From NCBI GenBank assembly GCA_044892505.1, contig CM097882.1, positions 278,690,001 to 278,754,000 on the forward strand: DNA of 64,000 nucleotides, read 5' to 3'. The position numbers and the translations under genes are program-made. The notes below the pieces were generated by a model. It saw only the letters and a program-made list of their open reading frames with translations, had not been told where the DNA came from and searched no databases. The first letter of the stretch is position 1; every line of letters starts with the position of its first letter. The DNA comes from Schmidtea nova (taxonomy: Eukaryota). Positions 11,929 to 22,247 of the stretch are shown one piece after another.

Positions 11929-12345
11929 TTATGCGTATCTTGCATTGTCAACTCTCCAAATCGGAGTAACAACATCTTTTTTATCAATCTTGTACCCTTG
12001 AATAATAACTGTAACGAACCAGTGTTCTTGATCCATGAAATCAATAGTTTGAAAAGCATCATGAAACCGAGTTTTTCTGTTATTGATGTACATGGTTTCT
12101 TTACATGTCAAATTAACATTGATCTTTGAAAATAATCGATTTAATGCGATAATATCTGCTTTGGAAATAATTATAGCAAGACTGTCATATAAAGATTTTG
12201 TTAACTTTACTGGAAATGATAATCGATACGGTATTTCATTAACCAAAAAATAAAGTCGGCTGTCATAGTACATCTGAACTGGTTTTACCTCTGCCTGATA
12301 GATTTTTTCATCGCTTATATCTAGATTTTCTTTTCGTGATTGCAT
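11929..12345 (-). CDS. 138-aa hypothetical protein, possibly an OB-fold single-stranded DNA-binding protein
   Basis: Clean ATG-to-stop ORF. The beta-rich C-terminus WFVTVIIQGYKIDKKDVVTPIWRV resembles viral gp2.5-like SSB tails (pattern recognition only). Confidence 0.55.
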   Translation of the reverse strand: MQSRKENLDISDEKIYQAEVKPVQMYYDSRLYFLVNEIPYRLSFPVKLTKSLYDSLAIIISKADIIALNRLFSKINVNLTCKETMYINNRKTRFHDAFQTIDFMDQEHWFVTVIIQGYKIDKKDVVTPIWRVDNARYA

Positions 12346-12806
12346 GTTGTAAATTGTGACAATATTTTATAAAATGTCTTTGTATTTATACTGATTACTG
12401 GATGTCTTTGTCCAATCATATTCATGCATTTGTTTTGCACACACTATGCACATGTATTGCAATGTCTTTGTTGTATGTGTGCATGTTTAATTAATTAATT
12501 ATTATTATTTGTTATGTATGCAGCTTTTGCACATCAAAACAATCACAGAAGAGGTTCTGATTCCAGGGTTCTGTTCGCAATGTTCGGATACTAATGTTCT
12601 TATTTATTTATTTATTTAATAATACTACTACTTTCTAAATAGTATTTAATAAAAAAAAATTTTTTTAGCTTTTATATACAGTTAATAAAAAACTACTACT
12701 ACTAAAAATATTTTAATAAAAAACTATTACTATTATTATTATTATTTTTTAAATAAAATTAATAAAAAACTATTATTGAACTAAAAAAGACAAAACAAAA
12801 ACTAAA

Positions 12807-13654
12807 ATGAATAAAAAAACTTTTATTCAACTAAAATAACAAAACTAAAATATAACATCAACAACAATAATAATAATGGCCATCTGAATGTTCCAACTCA
12901 CACAATTGATCCTGATATCGAATTGTGGCAACGAGGTGGAAGAATATTTCTCACGTGTAATGTTGTTCCGTATACAATTACATTTAATGATCTTGAGATA
13001 GCAAAACGAATGGGAAGTAATAAACTGACAATAACATGTAATCAAGAAGAATGTGAATTCAAAGTTATGCAAAACTTGGCCAGTAGCGATGAAGAAATAA
13101 TTACTTTTACTATATCGTATGATCGTGAAGAAGGACATGTATTCACATTCAAGGAGGAGTTGTATATAACGCATCTAGATGAATTACAGAAATATATTAG
13201 CGATAATTGCTCGGATATTTTTACAGTTGTCGAATTAAATAAATTGTTCAAATTCAAACTCAAAGAAAAAATCACTAAAGTCAGATTTGATAAATACTTG
13301 GTCAATACATTGGGATTAGATAAGGATACATTTACCGATAAAAATATCATTTCTGGTGTTCGTCAACCGAAAATATCTAAACTTCATCAGCAATTATTCG
13401 TGTATACAAACATTATCGAACCCATTATTGTTGGTGATTCCTTGGTTCCTTTACTAAAATCGGTATGGATTGAAAAATACGAGCCAGATGAAATTGTTCA
13501 AATAGTAATGGATAATCTAATGTATTTATCTGTTTCAACATCCTGTATAAACAATATAGAAATAAATATCCGGGATGACAGCGGAAGATTTATAAAATTT
13601 CCAAAAGATTCAAAAACTCACTTAACTCTACATTTTCGAAAAAACGATGAGTAA
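12807..13654 (+). CDS. Minor capsid protein (penton); 5' end disrupted by a 14-nt duplication
   Basis: The C-terminus LFVYTNIIEPIIVGDSLVPLL...IEINIRDDSGRFIKF...LTLHFRK is typical of Polinton pentons. The frame has no ATG of its own, but removing 12837-12850 joins ATG 12807 (MNKKTFIQLK) in frame. Confidence 0.85.
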
Positions 13655-14030
13655 TCCCGATATAGTTTCAATGTACAGTGATAGCCAAACTGGTGGCGAA
13701 TTACCGTATTTTGTCGGTAAACAGTATGGATCAGGTTGGTTAAAAACTATTGGGAGATTTGCACTTCCAATTCTTAGACGACTAGGTAATTTCGGAATGA
13801 ATACTGCCAAGGACGTTATCATGAAAGATAATAAAATATTACCGTCATTGAAAACCAATGCTTTGGCCGCAGTTAATAAAGCTATACCTGCTGTAACTCA
13901 AATGCTTCCTACAATTACAAGTATGTTTACAAAAAATAAGGAACCGGAATCTGTACCGGTAGGACCAAGACGTAAACGAAAACGTATAAACAAACGAATG
14001 AAAGGACATGGAACTATATTTGAAGAATGA
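13647..14030 (+). CDS. PZ-like small virion core protein (QxGG / QxGxG motifs, amphipathic helix, basic tail)
   Basis: SQTGGELPYFVGKQYGSGWLKTIGRFALPILRRLG and C-terminal PRRKRKRINKRMK. Lies between the penton and MCP genes with overlapping start/stop codons. Confidence 0.8.
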   Translation: MSNPDIVSMYSDSQTGGELPYFVGKQYGSGWLKTIGRFALPILRRLGNFGMNTAKDVIMKDNKILPSLKTNALAAVNKAIPAVTQMLPTITSMFTKNKEPESVPVGPRRKRKRINKRMKGHGTIFEE

Positions 14031-15248
14031 TTTGCGGTAAATCTGAATTATGTCTTTTTGATCGACCATCACCTCAAGCAGTTATTGAATATGGGGCGTT
14101 TGAAGATGTGTTTCCAATGAATTCAATTACAGATAGTAGAAATGATGTTGAATTTTACATTAATGGTTCTCAAACCGAATATTTGGATTTGAACGATACA
14201 TTATTGTCCGTTACAATCAAAGTTGTAGATAAAGATAAAAAAGCTCTAGCCGATGCGAGTGATGTAGTTCCTAATAATTACCTGTTTCATACACTTTTCA
14301 AAGATGTAATTCTCGGATTTAATAATATAAAAATCGAGGGTGGAAACAATACATATGCACACAAGGCAATAATCGAAACTATTTTAAACTATACGAATGA
14401 TGCGAAAGAAACATGTCTTACTCCAATGGGATATGGTTCAGCTGACGATCGGAAAAAAATGGATCAAGGGATCTAAACTTTTCAACATGTGTTCGTCTTT
14501 ACAACTGGATTTTATGGATCAACCTAAATACTTACTTCCCGGAGTTAATGTACATATTAGATTGAAGCGATCTGATTCTGCATTATCATTGAAATCGGTA
14601 GGTGGGAAACCTGTTATCCAAATAGTTGATGCAAAATTAATGGTAAGAAGAGTTCGATGTGATTCTTCAGTATTGGCCGGTCATCAAATTGGTTTAAATA
14701 AAAAACATGCAATTTATCCATTAAAATCAAAAGAAATCGTATCGTTTGCTATCGGTAAAGGGGCATCGTCATTTTACAAGGAGCAAATATTCGGAGATAG
14801 ACGAATGCCTAATTTCATTCTTGTGGCTTTTCAATCCGAAAATCAATATAATGGGTCTTATACTGAGTCTACATCTACATTCAAACATTTTAATGTGACT
14901 TCATTAACATTGTCGAAAAATACCGATTATCGTGAAACATATACCCAGGATTTTGAAAATGATAATTTTAGTGCATCATATATGCAAAGTCTTGTCCGAA
15001 ATCTAGGTTATTTGGATAAAAACTTGAATTGTGGTATTGGTCTAGATGAATTTAAATCTAGTTATCCATTCTTTACATTTGTTCTGGCTCCCGATTTTGA
15101 TTTGAATCAAAGCCAAATCCCTCAAAACGGAAATTTACGACTCGATATAAAGTTTGCCAAACCTATTGATGAACCGGTTCATGTAGTTATTTATGGAGTT
15201 TTTGAAAATGAAGTTCAAATTACTGCCAATCGAACGATATTAGTTTGA
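14027..15248 (+). CDS. MCP: Major capsid protein (double jelly-roll), frameshifted in an A7 run at 14453-14459
   Basis: N-terminal GKSELCLFDRP..., VEFYINGSQTEYLDLNDT; later LDFMDQPKYLLPGVNVHIRL and C-terminal GNLRLDIKFAKP. Deleting one A joins ORFs 14027..14476 and 14397..15248 (DDRKKWIKGSK). Confidence 0.92.
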
Positions 15249-15327
15249 GCAAAGTTTAAACATTACTGGTTTGAACAGAGATCAAACAGTATAAATGATC
15301 AAAGTTATTATTTTTATTATTCTTATT

Positions 15328-15705
15328 ATGGAGTAAGATTTTTAATTGATTAGTTATTTATTTTTAATTAGTTCTTTTCAGGTATTACAACAAGGTAAAA
15401 AACTATTGGGAAATCAATTTATTGGAGTATTTCCTCTGGATAAAATACCTTATTTGAAAATGAATCAAGCCATCATTGTAAATACTCAGACATCTACGTT
15501 GGGTGGTGAACATTGGATTGCAGTTTATGTGAAACCAGATCGAATACATGTATTTGATCCCTTTGGATATTATTATCCGAATTTACTTGTTCGAAAACTA
15601 CAAACTATCGGTAAACCTATTGTGTATAATAGAATTCGATATCAGCATCCTTTAACAATCACTTGTGGTCAACATTGCCTTGCATGGTTGAAATCAATGT
15701 TATAA
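15328..15705 (+). CDS. PRO: Adenain-like cysteine (maturation) protease, 112 aa; join(15328..15332,15372..15705)
   Basis: Catalytic motifs GEHWIA (His), FDPFG (Asp) and Q...TCGQHC (Cys). A 39-nt GTAAG...TTAG intron gives the N-terminus MDSFQVLQQG...FIGVFP. AATAAA at ~15718. Confidence 0.9.
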
Positions 15706-15737
15706 ACAATTTATTTTAATAAACTTTATTTGAAAAA

Positions 15738-16130
15738 ATGTCTTGTTATTTTATCGATTTTTATGGATATAATGAAATGGGTGGAACAACAATTAAGGAA
15801 TTATGTATTATGAATGTCAATAATATTTTCACACCCCAGTATTATATATACAGTGATTTATCTTTATGGCCTGATCGTATAGAATCGTTTGAAGGACAAG
15901 ATTATTTTTGCCCAAAATGTATAATGGATGATATCACAGATAAAGGAGCTATTTTCTATGTAACAGATAATGAAAAGATGTATGTTTTGAAGAAGTATTT
16001 CCCCAAATTAAGATTAATTAAATATAATTTTAAAGAAGTTGAATATGTTCCTGAAAACATTTCATGTCCCTATAAAGATCATTGTATGTGTGCCTATAAA
16101 GGGTGCTTGTCTGCTGTTGTTGATTATTGA
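15738..16130 (+). CDS. 130-aa protein, probable degenerate DEDD/DnaQ-like nuclease-fold with Cys/His-rich C-terminus
   Basis: IDFYG...IKELCI, IFYVTDNEKMYVL and SCPYKDHCMCA resemble a family I recall from animal Polintons (not database-checked). AATAAA follows at 16135. Confidence 0.55.
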   Translation: MSCYFIDFYGYNEMGGTTIKELCIMNVNNIFTPQYYIYSDLSLWPDRIESFEGQDYFCPKCIMDDITDKGAIFYVTDNEKMYVLKKYFPKLRLIKYNFKEVEYVPENISCPYKDHCMCAYKGCLSAVVDY

Positions 16131-16289
16131 AAGCAATAAATATATTTTATTATTTTTATTAATTATTATTTTTATTATTATTATAAATATTATTATTTTC
16201 ATCACAAAGGCATGACCAGTGCGTGATCAATGCGTGATAAGCACATGATAAAACATGTCATGTCATGTCTTTGTCACGATACAAAGCAA

Positions 16290-16410
16290 TATCGTGACGT
16301 CAAACACACATAAACAAAGGTATATTATGTGTGCAGTATGTGTGCATGTATTTGCCTATCCTATCTCGATTCTGATTGGTCGGTTAATAAAATTCACCTT
16401 TATATAGTAT
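16290..16410 (+). promoter_or_regulatory. Putative Pol II promoter of the polymerase-side unit (CRE, inverted CCAAT, TATA)
   Basis: TGACGTCA at 16295-16302, ATTGG at 16375-16379, TATATA at 16401-16406; ATG at 16486. Confidence 0.55.
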
Positions 16411-16485
16411 ATACTTGAATTATTTCGTCACTTTTTACTCACAAAATTTTTAATCAATTTTTAAAACTATTTGCAAGAAACAACT

Positions 16486-16911
16486 ATGAACAATTTAAAT
16501 TTAAATATGAAACCACGGATCGCTGGAGGCCAGAATGGTAAGAATCTTATTATTTTATTTTATTTACATTGTTTATGTTTTCAGTTGTTAATTTATCCAA
16601 CAATATAGCCGGACAATCGAGAAATGGACTCGGAAAACCAAATAGAATTATTGGTATAATTATTATTTTATTTATTATTATTATTATTATTAAAATTTTT
16701 AGAGAATAATAATATGAATAATGTTGATATCGATGCCTCGATTGATGTCCCGAATATGATGATGATGACGAATGATGTCCCGAGTAATGATGCCATGAAT
16801 TTCAATCGACAGAGTTTAAAAAACTCAAAATGTAATTTATTATTTTTATTTATTTATATAATAATAATAATAATATTTTTATTATTTTTAATTAAATCTT
16901 TTAATATTTAA
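16486..16911 (+). CDS. Three-exon Asn-rich small ORF (109 aa), or the 5' exons of pPolB; join(16486..16537,16585..16653,16703..16911)
   Basis: Two phase-1 introns (47 nt GTAAG...TTTCAG; 49 nt GTATAA...TTTAG) give an open frame MNNLNLNMKPRIAGGQNVV... that runs into track ORF 16714..16911. Confidence 0.65.
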
Positions 16912-17686
16912 TATAATAATAACTTTTAAAAATGATTAAATTACTATGATAAAATACAGAATTTGTTATTATGATATAATGAAAAGAATTATTATGACGA
17001 TGAATAATGATGATGAACAATAATATGAAATGATGAAATGCAGAATTTGTTATAATGAAGAAAAATTTGAAGAAATAATGATGAACAATAATATGAAATG
17101 CAGAATTTGTTATAATGAAATAAAGCAGATGAATTATTATGACGAAGAATAATATGAAGAAGAAGAAATAATGATCAACAATAATATGAAATGATGAAAT
17201 AATGACGAATTTATTTTTTTATTTATGAATAATTATTTTATATTAATTTTATATTTAATTTTTTTTTTATATTGAATTTTTTATATTGAATTTTTTATAT
17301 TGATTTTATATTAATTTACCTTTTAACTTATTAAGTAATTTTTTTTTAAATATGTTACTTAATATGTGAAAAGATAAATTACCAAGATGAACAAGACTAA
17401 TTTAGATGTTATATAATGACTATGATAATTTTTTTTAAATAACTAAAAAGAAGGCTAATATGACGAAAACTTTTATATTACTATGGAATTATTTTATATT
17501 AATTTATCTTTAACACATTAAGTAATATATTTAAACCAATTACTTAATATTTTAAAGATAAATTAATATATTAATAAGATGAATATTATTTTTTTAACAA
17601 TTTATAATTATTTTTTAACAATTTATAATTATTATTATTTAACCATTTCATTTAAATTATATTTTAATTTTTTATTTAAAATTCAG

Positions 17687-20600
17687 GTTTAACATATATC
17701 AATTTTTGTAATAGTCGTTTCCATAATGACTGTCATGTCATTATGGAAAAGTACTATACCTATAAATATAATGGTGTCACCCACCTCCTCTGCCCAACAT
17801 GTAAAATTATTTCTACAACCTCTTATAAAGAATTTTTTCTTTCGCATAGGAGTCACCTTTCCCAATTCATGCCTTCGAAAAAATGTCTTTTTAATAGCAT
17901 ATATGCTAATTATATCACTAATATTAACAACAATCTTAATATTTATAATACAATTAATCAAAATACTCTAAATAATAATCTACAAAATAATAATCTACAA
18001 AATAATAATCTACAAAATAATAATACAAATAATCAAAATACTCTAAATAATCTACAAAATAATAATACAAATAATCAAAATACTCTAAATAATATACAAA
18101 ATAATATTAATAATAATAATAATACAAATAATCAAAATAATATACAAAATAATAATAATAAAATAAATACATCTAATATAAATAAAAGAAAAAATACAAC
18201 ATTAACGGATTCAGTTCCTAAAAAACTGATCATAATCGACATCAGCGATGATGAAGATGAAAATAATATTTCTAATAATAATAATAATAATAATAATAAT
18301 ATTTCTAATAATAATAATAATAATAATATTATATCCCTCATCAGTGATGATGAGGATGATCTTATTTATAATAAAAGTAGTAATATCGCTATTATATCTG
18401 CCGATGACATAATCGTCAATGATGATGAATTTGACGATTATGTTAATATTATAAATAATAATAATAATAATCAAATTGGAATGGGTATTGTTGAAGTTAC
18501 TTCAGACTTGAACGATACCCATTTTATTATAAAAATGGACGTATCTAATTTATTATTAAAAACGGTCTCTGTGCCGGATATATTGATAGATAAATTAAAA
18601 TCTTATATAATTAATTTAAAATCAGTAAAAATTCAATTTTGTCTCAAGGTAGAATTTGAGAAAGATGATCAATTACAATCTTTCGTCATCTCAAATTCTG
18701 CCAGAGAGTGGAGTGATACCTTTATTGAGGAAGGTGTCACTAGTTTAAATGAGAAGATTGTCCAGATTAACGAAAAGGGGAGTAATTGGACAATCTCCAA
18801 AATAGAATATATTAGTTTTTTAGTGACTAAATTTTCTGAAATTAGTCGATTGAGCGGCAGCAGTTATATCGAAACGCCGAATACTTTAAAAAATTTAAGT
18901 TGTTTAGTTAATGTTCAAAATAACGACACCTATTGCTTTCTTTACAGTTTCTTGGCAGTAGTTAAATATAATAGTATTGAACGCCAATACAGGCATAGGA
19001 CTACTTCTTATGATCTTTCCCAACTTGTTTTTGACCCCAACGACATGCCCATGAAATTAGTAAATATTAAGAAATTTGAGAGACAAAACAGTGGCTATAG
19101 TATTAATGTCCTTACATATGACGAAAAGGCCCAAATTGATGTAAGCGACAATGACAATGATGATAATGTCGTCCTTAAACACCCCTTTATCGATATAGTC
19201 TACCGTAGTAAAGTAGTCGGGGCTATTCCCATAAATTTACTTCTTTTGGAGAAAAAAGAAAATTTTCATTATCTTGCGATTACCGACCTGAATCGCTTTT
19301 TGAATTGTAGAAATAGTGCCATCACCCCAGTTAGGATTTGCAGTCAATGGTGCCCTCGTTGCTTGAATGGGTTTAGGAACGACGAAGCCTTTAATCGTCA
19401 TAAGGGTCTTTGTAACAAAAATCAATTGGGTACCACACTGTACACATTACCAAAAAATAAATTTTTAGAGTTTACTGATTGGAAGAAAACAGTAACTCCT
19501 CCTTTCGTAATATATGCGGATTTCGAGGCAATATTACCGAAAGACGCTGTTCACCATCAAAAACATCTTCCTATTGCTGCAGGTCTCCTTCTTATTAACA
19601 ACTTTACTGGGGTGAGAATATACAAATCTTTTGTAGGGCTAGACTGTGTTGATCAATTCCTAAGAGAAATTGAGTCAATCAGTCGGTATATAGTAACACC
19701 TTATTATTATAAAAATTATCAAAAACGCATGACGATCACTGCGACCCAACAGCGACAATTTGATAATAGCACTAATTGCTATTTATGTAAAAAGCTTTTA
19801 GTTGCACCTGTTAGGGATCACGACCATTTCACCGGTCTTTATATTGGAGCAGCCTGCTCAGAGTGTAACAAGTCCCGACAAATACGCCACTCTTTGCCTG
19901 TAATTTTTCACAACTTGAAGGGTTACGATTTACACCATATCTTAAAATATGGCCTTTCCAAATACAACACTTGGAATATCAGTTGTATTCCCTTGACAAG
20001 CGAAAAGTTTTTAAGTCTTTTCGCGTACATCGATAGTCTCACTGTTAAATTTATTGACTCCTACCAATTTGTTAGTGAGTCTTTAAGTAACGCGGTAAAA
20101 ACCCTTACATCTTTACCATTAACACACTCTGAATTTCGCGGCACTATAGTCACTGCCAAGGGCATTTTTCCTTACGACGCTGCCACTTCTTTAGAGGTTT
20201 TAAAATCTACCTTGTGTTTACCCCCCAAATGGAAAGATATAACTGCTGTCGAGTATGCTGCTGCCCATAAAATCTGGCAAGAAACATCATGTACATCACT
20301 GTACGATTACATGATGGTTTATTTAAAATTGGACGTTTTTTTATTAGCCGATTATTTCCAACAATTTCGGGTAAAATCAATTAACCATAACAGGCTTGAG
20401 CCTTTAAATTTTCTCGGAATTCCCGGCATGTCGTGGAGTTCCGCTTTATTTACTATTGACTCTCCTATCGAGCTCCTCACCGATATTGAGATGTATAACT
20501 TTTTCGAGGGCGGTATTCGCAGCGGACTAACGTTTGTCAATAAACATTATGTCAAGACGAGCCCGGATACCGCATTACTATATATTGACATAAATAATTT

Positions 20601-21964
20601 ATATGGGTGGGCCTTAAGCCAACCCCTGCCATGTGGTAATTTTGAGTGGGTCACTGATGACCAATTATTAAATAACATCGTTTGTGAGTGCACATCGGAA
20701 AATCTCGATACACTTCATTATGGTTACACCATAGAAGTGGATTTGGAAATTCCGGCATCGATTCACGACAAACTGGATGATCTTCCAGTTGCCGCTGAAA
20801 AGATGTGTGCACCGGGATCCAAGGTTGAGAAGCTGTTGCTAACGCATCTTCCAAAGAAGAATTATGTTCTTCATTGGCGGCTTCTGCAACTATTTATTAA
20901 AATTGGTGTGAAGGTAACGCACATACATCGCGCAATTAAATTTTCGCAAAATAAAATATTTTATAATTACATTAAAATAAACACAGAATTACGAGCTGCA
21001 TCTACAAATAAGCTCGACAAAAATTTCTACAAACTTTTAAATAAGTCTCTACGGCAAAACCGTAGAGAACTTAAAAAAAAGAATTAATTCACGACTGTGT
21101 AACTCGGCACAAAAACTGCTGACTTACACGTCAAAAGCTAATTTTAAAAAAACTAATAAAATCGACAATGACCTCATCTCCGTATTGCTTCAGAAGGAAT
21201 CAGTATGTTTGGATAGACCCAGCTACATTGGACAAACCGTACTGGATTTATCCAAACTTCGTATGTACCAGCTGCAGTATGAAGAGTTACAAAAATATCG
21301 TAACGACTTCAACTGTGAAATTAACATCGTTGCTGGGGATACTGATTCCTTCTTCTTGGAAATCAAAAATCTGCCTTTAAATACTCTTTTGACCGCAATG
21401 ATTGACGATAGGCTTTTGGATACCTCTAATTACGACACTCATCATGCATTGTATAGTAGGACCCTTGATTCTGTGATTGGTAAATTTAAGGATGAGAATA
21501 AGGGTCTACTGTATGATGAGTGGGTTTTCTTAAGACCTAAGTGCTATAGTCTTATGGGAGACGAGGCCTGCATGAAAGCCAAGGGGATCTGTTTGAAAGA
21601 TGCAGGTCTCACACACCAGTCTTACCTTGACTGTTTTTTAAACGACAAAATATACAATGTCCCCCAGTTCCGCATTACTTCGAAAAACCACCAACTTTTC
21701 AGTATAAAAAGCAATAAGAGGGCCTTATCTTGTAGGGATGATAAGAGGAACTGGGTGGAAAAAAATAAAAGTTTGGCGTATGGCCACTATATGGGGGGTG
21801 ACACCAATATATTTATAGGTGATCGGGATGTCCAAGAGCAACAACTTTATCAACAACAACAACAACAACAGCTTCAACAACAACAACAACAACAACAACA
21901 ACAAGGTCCCTCAGATGACCCATATGATTTTTACGATCCCTCAGCTCGGGATTATTTTGGCTAA
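17687..21964 (+). CDS. pPolB: Protein-primed family B DNA polymerase (terminal-protein region, 3'-5' exonuclease with endonuclease-VII-like insert, polymerase); frameshifted at ~21049
   Basis: GSSYIETP...VNVQNND.YCF; ExoI YADFE; ExoII FHNLKGYD; CYLC...RDHDHFTG...CSECN; motif A YIDINNLYG; motif C GDTDS; LRPKCY; DDKR. ORFs 17743..21087 and 21185..21964 are joined by restoring 2 nt in the TC repeat at 21046-21050 (NKSLYGKTVEN). The frame is open upstream to a splice acceptor at 17686. Confidence 0.96.
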
Positions 21965-22083
21965 TGATGAAGATGAAGATGAAGATGATGACGATAACAA
22001 TGAGGAGAAAGATATAAATACCGAAAAAATAAAAATAAAAAAAAATCCAAAAAAACCCAAAAAAGATATGAGAATGCATAATC

Positions 22084-22099
22084 GGCCCTCTTCAGGGCC
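22084..22099 (+). other. Histone-mRNA-type 3' stem-loop 1 (GGCCCT-CTTC-AGGGCC, then ACAA)
   Basis: Perfect 6-bp stem and 4-nt loop matching the GGYYYU-NYUN-ARRRCC histone hairpin; 120 nt after the pPolB stop. Confidence 0.65.
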
Positions 22100-22231
22100 A
22101 CAATTTATGATCGTATAAAAAATAATAAAAAAAAAAATTTAGCTCACAGATAAAGAAAAAAAAAGATTACAGAAACCGAAAATGAAAATAATCGGAAACA
22201 GAAAGCCGAATCAGATTGTGAACGAAATAAC

Positions 22232-22247
22232 GGTCCTCTTTAGGGCC
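22232..22247 (+). other. Histone-mRNA-type 3' stem-loop 2 (GGTCCT-CTTT-AGGGCC)
   Basis: Same geometry with one U-G wobble pair; preceded by AAC. Confidence 0.6.

Noticed and set aside
21819-22118. Overlapping Asn/acidic/basic ORF after pPolB
   Set aside because: It is largely an alternate-frame reading of the CAA and GAT repeats and has a non-ATG start. It cannot be excluded as a frameshifted pPolB tail.
22084-22247. Hairpins as bacterial intrinsic terminators
   Set aside because: No U-tract directly follows the stems and the element uses spliceosomal introns. The geometry fits the histone hairpin better.
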